Both the position numbers and the translations under genes were made by a program. The notes beneath the pieces were generated by a model that saw nothing but the letters and a program-made list of their open reading frames with translations, had not been told where the DNA came from and searched no databases. DNA of 63,815 nt, counting the filler, from Octopus bimaculoides (lineage: Eukaryota), in NCBI RefSeq assembly GCF_001194135.2. It is 8 parts of 7 records of this genome, joined end to end, with 100 filler letters (N's around TTAATTAATTAA, not from the genome) between each part and the next. Parts side by side here need not be neighbours in the genome. Positions count along the whole stretch, not along the records: positions 19,233 to 47,516 come from NC_068981.1; positions 47,617 to 54,032 come from NC_068993.1; 6 more parts are not named here. The stretch is one strand, 5' to 3'. Shown here one piece after another: positions 41,560-51,819 of this stretch (the stretch's first letter is position 1; the number at the start of each line of letters is the position of its first letter).

Positions 41560-43304
41560 GGTGGCAAGCTAGCAGAATCATTAGCACACTGGATGAAAAG
41601 CTTAGCAGTGTTTCACTCATCACTGTGTTCTGTGTTCAAATTCCGCCAAGGTCAACTTTGTCTTTCATCCTTTCGGAGTTGATAAATTAAGTACCAGTTG
41701 CATACTGGGACCAAAATTTCAGGTCTTGTGCCTATAGTAGAAAGGATTATTGTTGTTGTTGTTGTTGTTGTTGTTATTAAGAAGGTAACAAGCTGGTAGA
41801 ATTATTAGAGTATCAGAAAAAATGTTTTACAGCGTTTCTTCCATTTCATTACATTCTGAATTCAAATTCCACTGAGATGAACTTTGTCTTTCATCCCTTT
41901 CTGGGTTGATAAAATAAGTACCAGTTGAGAACTGAGGTAAATATAATTGGCTAATCCCCTCCTCCAAAGTTTCAGGCCTTGTGCTTATAGTAGAAAGAAT
42001 TACTTAACCTGGGGATATTATAAAACATTACTGCTATTTAAAAACAAAGGAAATCATTAATTAACCTGAGGTGCAAGAACTACGCCTAGGCTTAGCTTTA
42101 GGTGCTCATACACCCAGTGTTGGTACCATAGAAGATGTGGGAAGGAGTGATACTGTCATCAAAATATGATAAATTTCATTATTTATGAGCCTGTAGATCC
42201 CCTGGGCCTAGTTATTTTGGCAATTATCTTAGGTCAGATCAATGTGGTTTATGTTGTCCAGTGTGTGGCATTTTTGATAGGCCTCTTTCACTTTCCATCC
42301 ACCAAATCCACCTGGGGCTATAATGGTTTCAAATTTTGGTGGGAGATGGGCTTAGGACTAGCAGTTTTTGTGGTAAGAGAGGGAAGTCAATTACATCAAC
42401 CACAATACTTGACTGGTACTTATTTTATTGAGCTCCCTAAAAGGATGAAAAGCAAATTTAACTCTGAATATAAAGATGGACAAAATGCCATTTTGTCCTA
42501 CATGTGAATGGTTCTTGTAAGACAAATAATGATATTGTGCTTAGATAATAACTATATAAGTGAACAAAGAAAACATTGCAACAATTCCAAACCAAAATGC
42601 AAAATGGCAAACTGTAACTTCAATTGTCCATGATATAAAATGAACTGTCTGTACCACAGTAAGCGTGCTAAGGCAAAAAGTGTAAATCCACAACAATGAG
42701 TATATCTCACTTCGTTTAATGGAGTCAATAAAGTGTCTCCTCAGACAAATCAATGTAAGCTTAAATAATAAACGATGTGGGAGTGAAAAACGTCACATGA
42801 TAGAATAGTGTCCATTGATTGGATGACACTTAATAAACAATGTATTGTGTCAAGACAACTGGAGTTGTCTCAGTTCTGCTAGCTTGTTGCTTTACCTGGG
42901 TCTATGATATAAGATACTTGTTCCATGCAGTGGAACCAACCCCAAGAGACAACATGGCTAGCAAGCTTCTCAATGCAGTATCTTGAACATAATCATCAGG
43001 CAGAATCAGTATGGCACAATGTGTGACAAGACTGGACCTTTGAATTACAGGTACAGTTTGTCTAAGGGGCTTCTGCTAAGTTTTCATCTACCCAATTTCA
43101 CTTACAAAGCTTGTATTGACCCAAGGTTGCAGTAAAAGACTTTTGTCGAAAATGCTACACAGTAGGATTGAACCTGGGACTTTGTTATTGTGAAGCAAAC
43201 TTCTTAACTACTCAGCCATGTCTGCATGTGACTACACACACACACACACACACACAAGCACATGTATTCACACACATAAACACATGTATTCATAGACACA
43301 CATA

Positions 43305-43343
<39 letters not shown>

Positions 43344-44996
43344 GCATACAAAGACATCTGATATATTTATGCACCAAAACACATAGTCACACATATGCAA
43401 ACACACACATACACACAGCATACATATACAAACACATTGTTACATGCACAAGCACACACACACACACACACACACATGTAGTCAAACATATGCAAACGCA
43501 CTTAGGCATATAGAAATATCACCCCCCCTACACACATACTCACCCTCACATACGCACAAAGTCGGTCATACACAAACACACCCACATAATCACACACTAG
43601 CTAACAAAGACATCTAATCTACGTAAACTCAATCACACTTGCATAAATGCACTTACACACACTTTCACAAAGTATTACATTTTCTTTACCTTTGTTTGTT
43701 GTTGTTCTACTCAATACTCTTGTTATATTTATTTACTCAAGAACAATACTATCTCAAATATGTTACAACTTTTTCTGCAACTATAATATATTGTAGTGTA
43801 TCATCTTCTTTTAACACTTGAATATAATGTTACCCCACCAAAGTTTTTATTCTGATGTTTTATATCAAATTTCCCATGTTATAAATGAGTAAATATGGTA
43901 TATCAACCTAAACTTTTATGAATTTTGTTTAAAATTTTACTTTTTCTCTCAACTGTTAAAGATAACCAAATCGAAGCTGGATTTCAGAACTTACCACGAG
44001 AAGATGAAAGCCAAAACTTCCAATGGTATTATTTCATTACAACTTAATAATTTCTAGTGTAAGTACAAGGCTGGAAATTTCAAGAGGTGAAGGATAGTCA
44101 ATTAAATTGATCTGAGTACTTTACTGGTACTTTATTTTATCAATCCTGAAGGATGATAAAATTAACCTTAGTGGGATTTGTAATTCAAAATAATGTGAAC
44201 ATATAAGCATTACATTTGACAGAATAATCTGAATGCTAAAGGGTTAAAGCTGATATATTGGATTGTAGTAGATTATCTACTTTTGGAGAAGTTGTGCAAA
44301 TACTGTGTGTATTTCAATACATGATATTATAGGATAATTTGGGCCCAAAGATATTAAGAGGTGTACTGTACATAAGATAATATTATTTATAGACTTTTAT
44401 GGTATTCCAGAAATTGAACAATTTTATTATGTTTATGTATTAGTTTTGCAAGATTCCTGATGTGAAATGGTGTTGAAGAGGTCACAGAATGTGTTACAGA
44501 AGATTTCAGACAAAGGACACTAAAATAATAATAATAATAAAGCTGAAGTGAAGAATGAGTGAGTATATAGTATGTGTGGTCATTTGGCAAAGAAAAAAAA
44601 TGACCTTCCCCAAATATAACAGTTATTATGATGATCATCATCATCATTTAGAGCAGACATTAACAATGATGATGATGATTGTTATATTTGGGGAAGGTAT
44701 TTTTTTTTTTTTTTGCCAAATAACCGCATGCATTATATACTCACTCGTTCTTCATTTCAGCTTTATTATTATTCTTATTTTAGTGTTCTTTGTCAGAAAT
44801 CTTCCGCAACACATCTTGTGACCTCTTCAAATTCTCCATCCCACATGTCTCCTCCTGTTCTAAACAGAACAGGGGAAGACTAAACACTTTTTTTTTTCTT
44901 TTGTGGAACCAGAACTATGACAGTAAACAGGGATTACATTCATTACATTTATTTTATTGACAAGCATATATGTCAACAGGCTTGAAATTATTAGGA

Positions 44997-45031
<35 letters not shown>

Positions 45032-45892
45032 TAGTTTAATCCAGAGAATGGACTAAACAGAACAAGAGACACATAGGATGAAGAGTCACTGAAGAGATCA
45101 CAAGATATATGATGAAAGATTTCAGGCAAAGGATACTAAAATAAGAATAATAATAGTTTCAAATTTTGGCATAAGGCCAGCAATTCCAGTAGAGGGGATA
45201 AGTTGATTACATCAACCCCAGTGTTCAACTGGGATCAACTGGAACTTATTTTATCAACCCCAAAAGGATAAAAGGCAAAGTTGACCTCAGCAGAATTTGA
45301 TCTCAAAATGTAAAGATAGACAAAATGCTGCTAATCATTTTTCCTAATGCACTAACAATACTGCCAGCTTGCCACCTTTAAAATAAAAATGATAATAAAG
45401 TGAAGTAGTGCATGTGTTTATTTGTCAAAAAAATATAAAAAAATGATCATCCCCAAATATAACAAGAACAAGTTTATATTTTGATAAACTTCAAAAAATT
45501 GGATCATTACATGGCAAGGACATTGCTCTGTAAAGAAAATGTGTGGTCCATTAAACAAAACAACACTTTTTGTTTGTTACTATAAGGTTGAATGACCGCT
45601 TCAAACAAGGCAGTTGTTTAGTCCAGTCAGTTTACAATTTTTTAATTTTTTTATCAGTTTTGTTAACTTCTTTCTCTTCGTTCTAGTCACTGCAATTCAA
45701 AGCCATAACCATTCACTCCTTTCAAGTACTAACACATTACCAATGAAAACTGTCACATTCTGCACTGAGTCACTACCTTGGACAGAGAATGAGATCATCT
45801 TTAATTGGGAAGTCCAGCAGAAATACAATGACCTTCTCCTGCTACGTGATTATTTGTACCGAGATATTGAAATCAGTGTTATAGAAACAAAG
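32892..45892 (+). CDS. LRRC43: LRRC43-like leucine-rich repeat protein, partial spliced gene (6 exons, 760 nt; 5' and 3' exons not located)
   Basis: Exons 32892-33012, 35603-35720, 36867-36943, 39679-39852, 43962-44025 and 45687-45892 all have AG/GT boundaries and join in one open frame. The peptide xPQLLSLDLLHNNL...LQSLVLVGNPLS-LVTGYRGFVIASLPLLVVLDYITIRADERFHFKDL...TVTFCTESLPWTENEIIFNWEVQQKYNDLLLLRDYLYRDIEISVIETK is colinear with vertebrate LRRC43 as recalled (WPNLVSLDL..LVLQGNPLALVPYYRG..TVLFSTAHKPW..). Recognised from memory, not BLAST. Confidence 0.85.
33300..34220 (-). mobile_element. 5'-truncated R4/Dong-like non-LTR element (zinc knuckle + restriction-like endonuclease)
   Basis: CLLIDMNIPCDHNISVKEFDKLRKYKDL..MWHLKT...VIVGALG; upstream TIDHLISGWK..RHDRIG; flanked by (TAA)n in element sense. 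Confidence 0.85.
34250..34558 (-). mobile_element. 3' end of a second R4/Dong-like subfamily
   Basis: Reverse strand reads YLAQIPGNPKMAEV*KIVLMGTAHILRKILSM*, then UTR and (TAA)n. Confidence 0.7.
35603..35720 (+). CDS. LRRC43: LRRC43 exon: LRRCT-like YR...LxxLD motif
   Basis: ctttttaaag|CTT GTT ACA GGA TAT CGT...TAC AAA G|gtgaat; LVTGYRGFVIASLPLLVVLDYITIRADERFHFKDLQLYK. Confidence 0.9.
36867..36943 (+). CDS. LRRC43: LRRC43 exon
   Basis: Long T-rich tract ttttgtag|GT CAT...ATG AAG|gtgagt; phase matches both neighbours; GHIENVAVIIMNIPSITGIPMPQEMK. Confidence 0.85.
36975..37290 (-). mobile_element. tRNA-derived SINE family C; partial copies at 36372-36456 (+) and 38440-38620 (-)
   Basis: Sense gtgaa..atgtggctcagtggttagggtattcagct..agttcaat..gtgtccttgagcaagacactt. 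Confidence 0.75.
37409..37640 (+). mobile_element. piggyBac-type MITE (TTAA-flanked); family end fragment also at about 44205-44248 (-)
   Basis: TTAA|CTCTTTAGCATTCAGATTACTCTGTCAAATG...tttaaacactaaaga|TTAA; reverse-complement match with intact ctaaaggg-ttaa at about 44205-44248. Confidence 0.55.
38065..38296 (+). mobile_element. tRNA-derived SINE family A, young CpG-intact copy inside (CATA)n
   Basis: aggcggcgagctggcagaa (A-box-like), ttctgagtttaaattcc (B-box-like), conserved core gccttcatcctttcggggtcgat..aataagtaccag. Other copies near 10015, 16500(-), 17095, 34632-35120, 35290(-), 45155(-), 63372(-). Confidence 0.85.
39190..39432. repeat. Imperfect (CAT)n trinucleotide tract, intronic
   Basis: About 240 nt of degenerate catcatcat upstream of exon 39679. 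Confidence 0.9.
39679..39852 (+). CDS. LRRC43: LRRC43 exon
   Basis: ttgttcttgcag|CCT TCC...GAA AAC|gtttgt; 174 nt, phase 0/0; PSFEMPENTVIQKTYSVQVVFLSEEKDSD...KRKSREN. Donor is weaker. Confidence 0.8.
39905..40340 (-). mobile_element. 3' end of a third R4/Dong-like subfamily
   Basis: QRPGIVVVDK..IIDIAIP..EKYEPLK..PLVVGAL..QKTALLGTVKILRQVL; (TAA)n on both sides; lies just downstream of LRRC43 exon 39679-39852. Confidence 0.75.
40361..42002 (+). mobile_element. Head-to-tail array of six family-A SINE copies separated by (ATT/GTT)n
   Basis: Copies start near 40361, 40955, 41083, 41312, 41559 and 41781, all + strand, mostly ending gaaaggattatt. Confidence 0.85.
43962..44025 (+). CDS. LRRC43: LRRC43 exon (poorly conserved linker)
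   Basis: tttttctctcaactgttaaag|ATA ACC...AAT G|gtatta; 64 nt; supplies exactly the phase 0 to phase 1 shift needed between its neighbours; ITKSKLDFRTYHEKMKAKTSN. Confidence 0.6.
44473..44830. repeat. Long inverted repeat (about 150-bp arms) in an LRRC43 intron; third copy at 45053-45463
   Basis: ttgaagaggtcaca..ccttccccaaatataaca (44473-44621) is mirrored by 44680-44830. Confidence 0.85.
45687..45892 (+). CDS. LRRC43: LRRC43 exon
   Basis: ttctcttcgttctag|TC ACT...ACA AAG|gtaaga; includes TVTFCTESLPW...IEISVIETK. Confidence 0.88.
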
Positions 45893-46457
45893 GTAAGAAA
45901 GGATTATGGAGAGAAAGAGAAAAAGAGTGATTTGGGCCTCTCTACATTAACTCATCATTTTTACATTAGCTTTCCACACTGGTATGGGTTGAACAATTTG
46001 ACAGAATCAAATGGATCAGAAGACCATGTCTTCCGCCAACTCTCTCAGCTTTGGTGCATGGTTTCTATGACTGGCTGCCCTTGTTAATGCCAGCCACTTT
46101 ATAGAATGTACTAAGCACATTTTTTCTTTTGTGTAACCAGCACTGTGACGGTAAACATTCATTACATTTATTTTATCAACAAGCATATATGTTAACAGGC
46201 TCAAAATTATTAGGATATGTGTGTGTGTATGTGTGTGTGTATTAAATACATGTGTGTATGTGTAAAGACGGAGAGAGAGAGAGAGTATACAAAGAGTTTT
46301 CATCAATTTACTTAACGTAATAGGTATGTACTATGAGTGCTCAGTTTGGTTTACCATTAAAACTCCAGCTTGAACTGCAACTGAAAAGTGCAATGCTGAA
46401 AATGTCCATCAAAGGTGGCTGGAAGTGGTTTCTCCTTGAGCAGGTGGATGTAGATTA

Positions 46458-46626
46458 AAATAGAAATTGAAAAAGTAAAACATTTGGCATCACTCAAAAA
46501 GCATTTAATTTAAATAGAGAATAGGAATATCTTTTTATCATAACTACTTTTCACTGTTTCTATTCTCTGCTTAAATTAAATGCTTTTTGGGTGATGCCAA
46601 ACATTTTGCTTTTTCATTTTCTATTT
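46458..46626. repeat. 72-bp inverted repeat with a 25-nt loop
   Basis: 46458-46529 vs 46555-46626: 63 of 72 positions complementary by manual alignment. Confidence 0.9.
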
Positions 46627-46677
46627 TATCTATATACATGCATATATACATACACAAACACACACACATACATACAC

Positions 46678-46716
<39 letters not shown>

Positions 46717-47274
46717 GATTATATGTATTTATTTTCTCTTTGTTAACAATTAACTCCGACAAAACAAATTGGTTAATAGATACCAGGGTAGTAAAGATCA
46801 CAAAATAACTGTGGTGTAACTCCTGTTTACGAGGTAGAAACTCGCTGTTAATTTGGGGTATTTTGAGTAAATATAAAATTTAATAAATGGAGTAATACGC
46901 ATATGTTAAATACACATATGTTTCGAAGATTACAAATGGTTCCTTCCAAAGGAATGAGTGATGTTGATAAAGATGTAATCTTCTCTTCAGGGAAATTCAT
47001 AAGAGCCAACTTAACCGTAAGACATTTTAACCGAATGTGACAACTGCGGGTAGAGAAGATTGCTACATATCTTATTTGAAAAAACCGTTGGAAGTTGCAA
47101 CGCTACGAGACAGTACATTGGACAAGGAGGGAAGAAAAGAAGGAAAAATGAAAATTAGGATTTAGAATGGGAAGTCAATAAAATGATTTAAAACCAGATT
47201 AAAAATGGGAGAAAAGTGTTTTATATATAATGGGACCACAAAGGGGAAATAATCTTGTATTTATACATGTAGTC

Positions 47275-47516
47275 ATCATCATCATCATCATCATCGTTTA
47301 ACGTCCGCTTTCCATGCTAGCATGGGTTGGACGATTTGACTGAGGACTGGTGAAACCGGATGGCAACACCAGGCTCCAGTCTAATTTGGCAGAGTTTCTA
47401 CAGCTGGTTGCCCTTCCTAACGCCAACCACTCAGAGAGTGTAGTGGGTGCTTTTACGTGTCACCCGCACGAAAACGGCCATGCTCGAAATGGTGTCTTTT
47501 ATGTGCCACCCGCACA
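47275..47516 (-). mobile_element. RTE-type LINE/SINE 3' end with (ATG)n tail; near-identical copy at 60943-61211, older relatives near 32430 and 57575
   Basis: catcatcgtttaacgtccgctttccatgctagcatggg...gcccttcctaacgccaacc; both young copies run into scaffold gaps. Confidence 0.75.
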
Positions 47517-47616
47517 NNNNNNNNNNNNNNNNNNNNNNNNNNNNNNNNNNNNNNNNNNNNTTAATTAATTAANNNNNNNNNNNNNNNNNNNNNNNNNNNN
47601 NNNNNNNNNNNNNNNN

Positions 47617-48300
47617 CACTACTGTTCTGACCTCGTCTACAGAATTCATATTTTTTGCGTCCAAATGATTTTGAAGACTGCTGAATAAACGATTATCAGA
47701 TGGTGCAATGTCCAGCGAATATGGTGGGTGGGGAATCGCTTCCGAGGCAGAGCATTATCCTGGTGGAAGAACACCTTTCGTCTTGAAACCAAAGATGGTC
47801 GTTTTTCTTCTAGCGCTGACAGGTTGAATGACCAAATCCAAGCTTCTCTGCTAGTTCCTCAATAGTTACGATGGGATTTTTGTTCCACCAGGGTTTGCAG
47901 AACGTCGTCGTTAAGCTCTACAGATCTTCCAGGACGAGGCTCGTCTTCTAGGCTGTAGTTTCCGGCTCCGAATTTCTGCAACCACCGTTGACACTGACTT
48001 ATGCTTATTGTCCGATCTCCATATACTGCATTAATATTCCTCGCACTTTCCGTTACGTTGTTGCCTTTATTGAACTCATAAAGTAAAATATGCCGAATAT
48101 CCTCCTTTGTCACTTCCATTACAGCTTTGAAAAAATAATTAAGATCGAACTGCACTCTTCAAGACTTGCACTAAGAATAAAACCAAGGTATAATTACTAC
48201 CTGCTTTTCTAGCAAGTTGATGCAAGTAATTTATCCCGTCCGCCTCCTCCGACTTTTAGCTCATGCAAATGAAAAAGCCGCATTATTTATGGGATGACCC
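47617..48300 (-). mobile_element. Internally deleted mariner, same family as 5803-6625; extra + strand fragment at about 48640-48715
   Basis: TIR gggtcatcccataaataatgcgg; MEVTKEDIRHILLYEFNKG..QRWLQKF; FHQDNA; PPYSLDIAPSDNRLF; second fragment SPDIAPSDYHLFRSLQN. Confidence 0.88.
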
Positions 48301-49406
48301 AAAATATATATGGAACGAAACGCTGCTAGGTATGCGTAACCGAACGCACGGAAATCCTGAAAATCTCGCACGTACCGGGAACCATACTGAACTCCAGAAC
48401 AGAGATTTTCAGGCTATGCTTGCATTTCAGCAGTTTCCTGTTAGCGTTTTGGGAACAGTATAATAGCGATAATAGCGATATTAGCGATAATTAAGTCACA
48501 GCTAGAAATTGATTGCTGATGAGAATGGGAGATAACTGCCTACCTTTTACCCTCATAGCCGAGAGGTCGCGTAGCTGAAGGAGGACGACACAGCCAGAAG
48601 CCGATGACCAGCAGCAAAGGAAGATAATCCTCATCTGTATGTGTCACCGGACATCGCTCCATCTGATTATCATTTATTCCGCAGTCTTCAAAATCATTTG
48701 GACGAAAAAAATATCCGAGTTTTATCATGGCTACCGAATAAGTGTTTACATATTTTTACAGATAAATTCCTCTATTTACATAATATCGATGTCTCTTTCT
48801 TTCTTTTGTTGTCCTTTCTATATATATATATATCCTGGTCGGGAGTATGGGAGTTAAAGGAAATGGATCTCAGTCGATCTTCACGATAACTATACAGGGC
48901 TCTTGATCAAGTGTACTCCGTGCTCATCGAATTGGAAAGCAAGGGCCGAGTGTCCCATCGACAATGTATTCCTGAGGCGAAATTATGGTGACACAGTCTG
49001 TAACAAGAAAGAACCTTGAATTACTGTACCTTTGAATTAATATTGCATGCAAAAAGCTTCTTTTGTAAAAGCTTCCGTCAGACCAGTTGGAGTCAGAAGT
49101 CTTCGCTAGACCAGAGGATACTGGCAATAAGTATTTTACCAAAACGCCACATCGGAGAATTGAACTCTGAAACGCATGATTACAAAGCGAACATCCGTTC
49201 ACTATATTTATATCCAGACGTCTGCGATATAAAGATCATGTGTCTGTGTGTGTGTGTAACAGAGAGACAGTGAGAGAGAGAGAGAGCGTATGTATATGCA
49301 TACATATAGTATACGTAATATGTATATCCTGTAAGTGCGTTGTTTGCGTATAATAGAATCATATACACACACATACATATCTATATACATAGTCACACAC
49401 ACACTC

Positions 49407-49437
<31 letters not shown>

Positions 49438-49527
49438 CCCGTATTACGTGTGTATGTCCTCACTTTGATATATGGATATGTCAAGGATGTTCCCTAGACA
49501 TAAAGATCGTGTGTATATGTGCTTACC

Positions 49528-49562
<35 letters not shown>

Positions 49563-49891
49563 GTTCATGAACGTACTAAAGTTAAAATTTTGGATAAAGC
49601 TAAATTGAATTTGCGACTACAGGAAAAATCGATTGATCTGAAACGAGTTCAATAGATATTTAACACTGACAGATAATGTCCACGAATGGAACAAAATTCA
49701 CGTGAATGAATTCTATAAAAGTTACATCTCGAATTATTAAAATGTTGCTTTACTCTGTTTCACCTTTCGTTCGCTTCCAGTGGGTCTGTGAAAACTTAAT
49801 TTATTTGTTTATATCTAGGTAATCGTACGTGCGTCAATATATATATATACTGTTCACATGCTCTCGGTTTATGCACGCACACGCACACCCA

Positions 49892-49940
<49 letters not shown>

Positions 49941-51819
49941 CCGCGCGCATTCTAAGCATCCCGGGCCGAAAATCTTTTGCTCTTTTTCAGAAGCATTATT
50001 TACTAATTTACAGTGAACAGGTGATAAGTTGTGAATAAACTACAGATATTGTTCCTAGATAAAGAATCTCTTGATTTGTGGTGAATAAGTTTTATAATTC
50101 AATTTAGTATTGGTGTTGCAGTTCCATAAAAGAAAGAAAGAAAGAAAGAAAGGAAGAAAGGAAGAAAGGAAGGAAGGAAGGAAGGAAGGAAGGATGAAAG
50201 AAAGAAAGTGACAAAAAAATAAAAGGTAAGGAAAATGGGAAAATTGCGCAACGTCATTTTTGTAACCAATGCACATCTTTGAGGCAAACCTTTTTTTACC
50301 CAAGTTGTCCCGAAAGGCGTCACTCGAGTTATAGCCACGAGCAACCAGATGTCAACCTACGTTGACACCACCTCCGACTAATTGGATAACACAAAATTAT
50401 ATGAGAGCCGCCCCTGTGATCTTTTACAACATTAATATATAAACAAACGACAGCGCAGTAAAACTTTAAATCTATGACAGAGGCACTGGTATAACGTAAC
50501 CATTTATCACGTCAAGGATCATAAAAGTAATTTTCTTGTTGGACCTGGCAAAATCTAACATCGGATTAGTTACCAAGAAAATTCTACAACTAATAACAAT
50601 TAATAAAAAAAAGCTTCTAACCGTGCCCAATGGCGTAGAGCAGTAATGTAGTCATAGTTTGATTCAATAGAATTAGTAATATAAACAATGCGAAATTTAT
50701 TCAATTTGGCGTTATTTTTATCTGTCAATTACTTACAAATGTTTACATAAAGCCCAAAAATTCACTAGAATTTACACTGTAAACTATAAGGACATAGAAG
50801 TTATAGCTGTACTCTAGGAAGACTACTTTTTCTCAAGGATTACACCTGTGTCAAGAGATCTGAAGCGGACTGCTCCTTAAATTGTAGGCAGTAGGGAATT
50901 TGATAGCGCTGGTATATACGATCTTATAGGCCTATACAGAGATGAGAGTAAGTTATCTCTAAAATCGTATGGGAATATGTAGACGAGCTAAGGAAGAACA
51001 TTATCAAACATTGGATAAAGATAAACTTAAGTATGGTTAGTTTCATGGACGATACGTAAGATTGTATCTCAGTTGGTACCCTCACAAGCTCATGCAATTT
51101 TTCTTAAAATCTGAATAAAAAACCTACTTCCATAACTACGGATTCATGACCCCTGCCTGTAGTATCCAAAAATCTAGTCAGCACACAACTTAGAAGGATT
51201 TCAAACCTATCCTCTAGTAGAAAGTTTTTGTATAAAGTAGAACGTTTCAATAACTACAACCAAGAAACAAGTGGATTCAACAATAAAAATAGCTATATCG
51301 ACAACTCTGTTCCCTCGCAGAAGATAAAAGGTGGTATAGCATCATTTGGTTTACATTCCCCTACTCAGTTAATGTTAAGTCAAATATAAAGAAGTGGGTG
51401 AAGGGGAAAATATGAGGCGGATGTGAAACAAGGAAACTAAAAGATTGTAATGGCAATGTGAACATGTAAGGTACTGGAGAAGAAATAGGAGAGAATTATT
51501 AGAGGAGGAGAAAAGATGTAAGAGATCACGGGGTAAGAAAGGTTGAATAAGCTGCAAAAAACAACAATACACAATGCGAGTGTTTGAAACAGAGAGAGAG
51601 AACATAAGTGGGGAATAATTAGGAGAAGGATAAAGAAAGGAGAGAAGAAAGGGAAAAAAAGGAATGCAAAGAGAGATATATAATCAGGATCAAAGAGTGG
51701 ACGAAAGTGAGGAGTGGATGGGTGTGTAAGATACAAGATCATCGGTAAACAACATAGCTGTTAATTCATTCAAAATTACTCGGAGAATATTTTCTGGCAT
51801 AATTTAGAAGACAAATTTA

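Noticed and set aside
50108-50230. GA-rich stretch ending AAAAG|GTAAGG, resembling the K/E-rich LRRC43 C-terminal exon
   Set aside because: It is a (GAAA)/(GGAA) microsatellite and all frames from the nearest acceptor hit stops.
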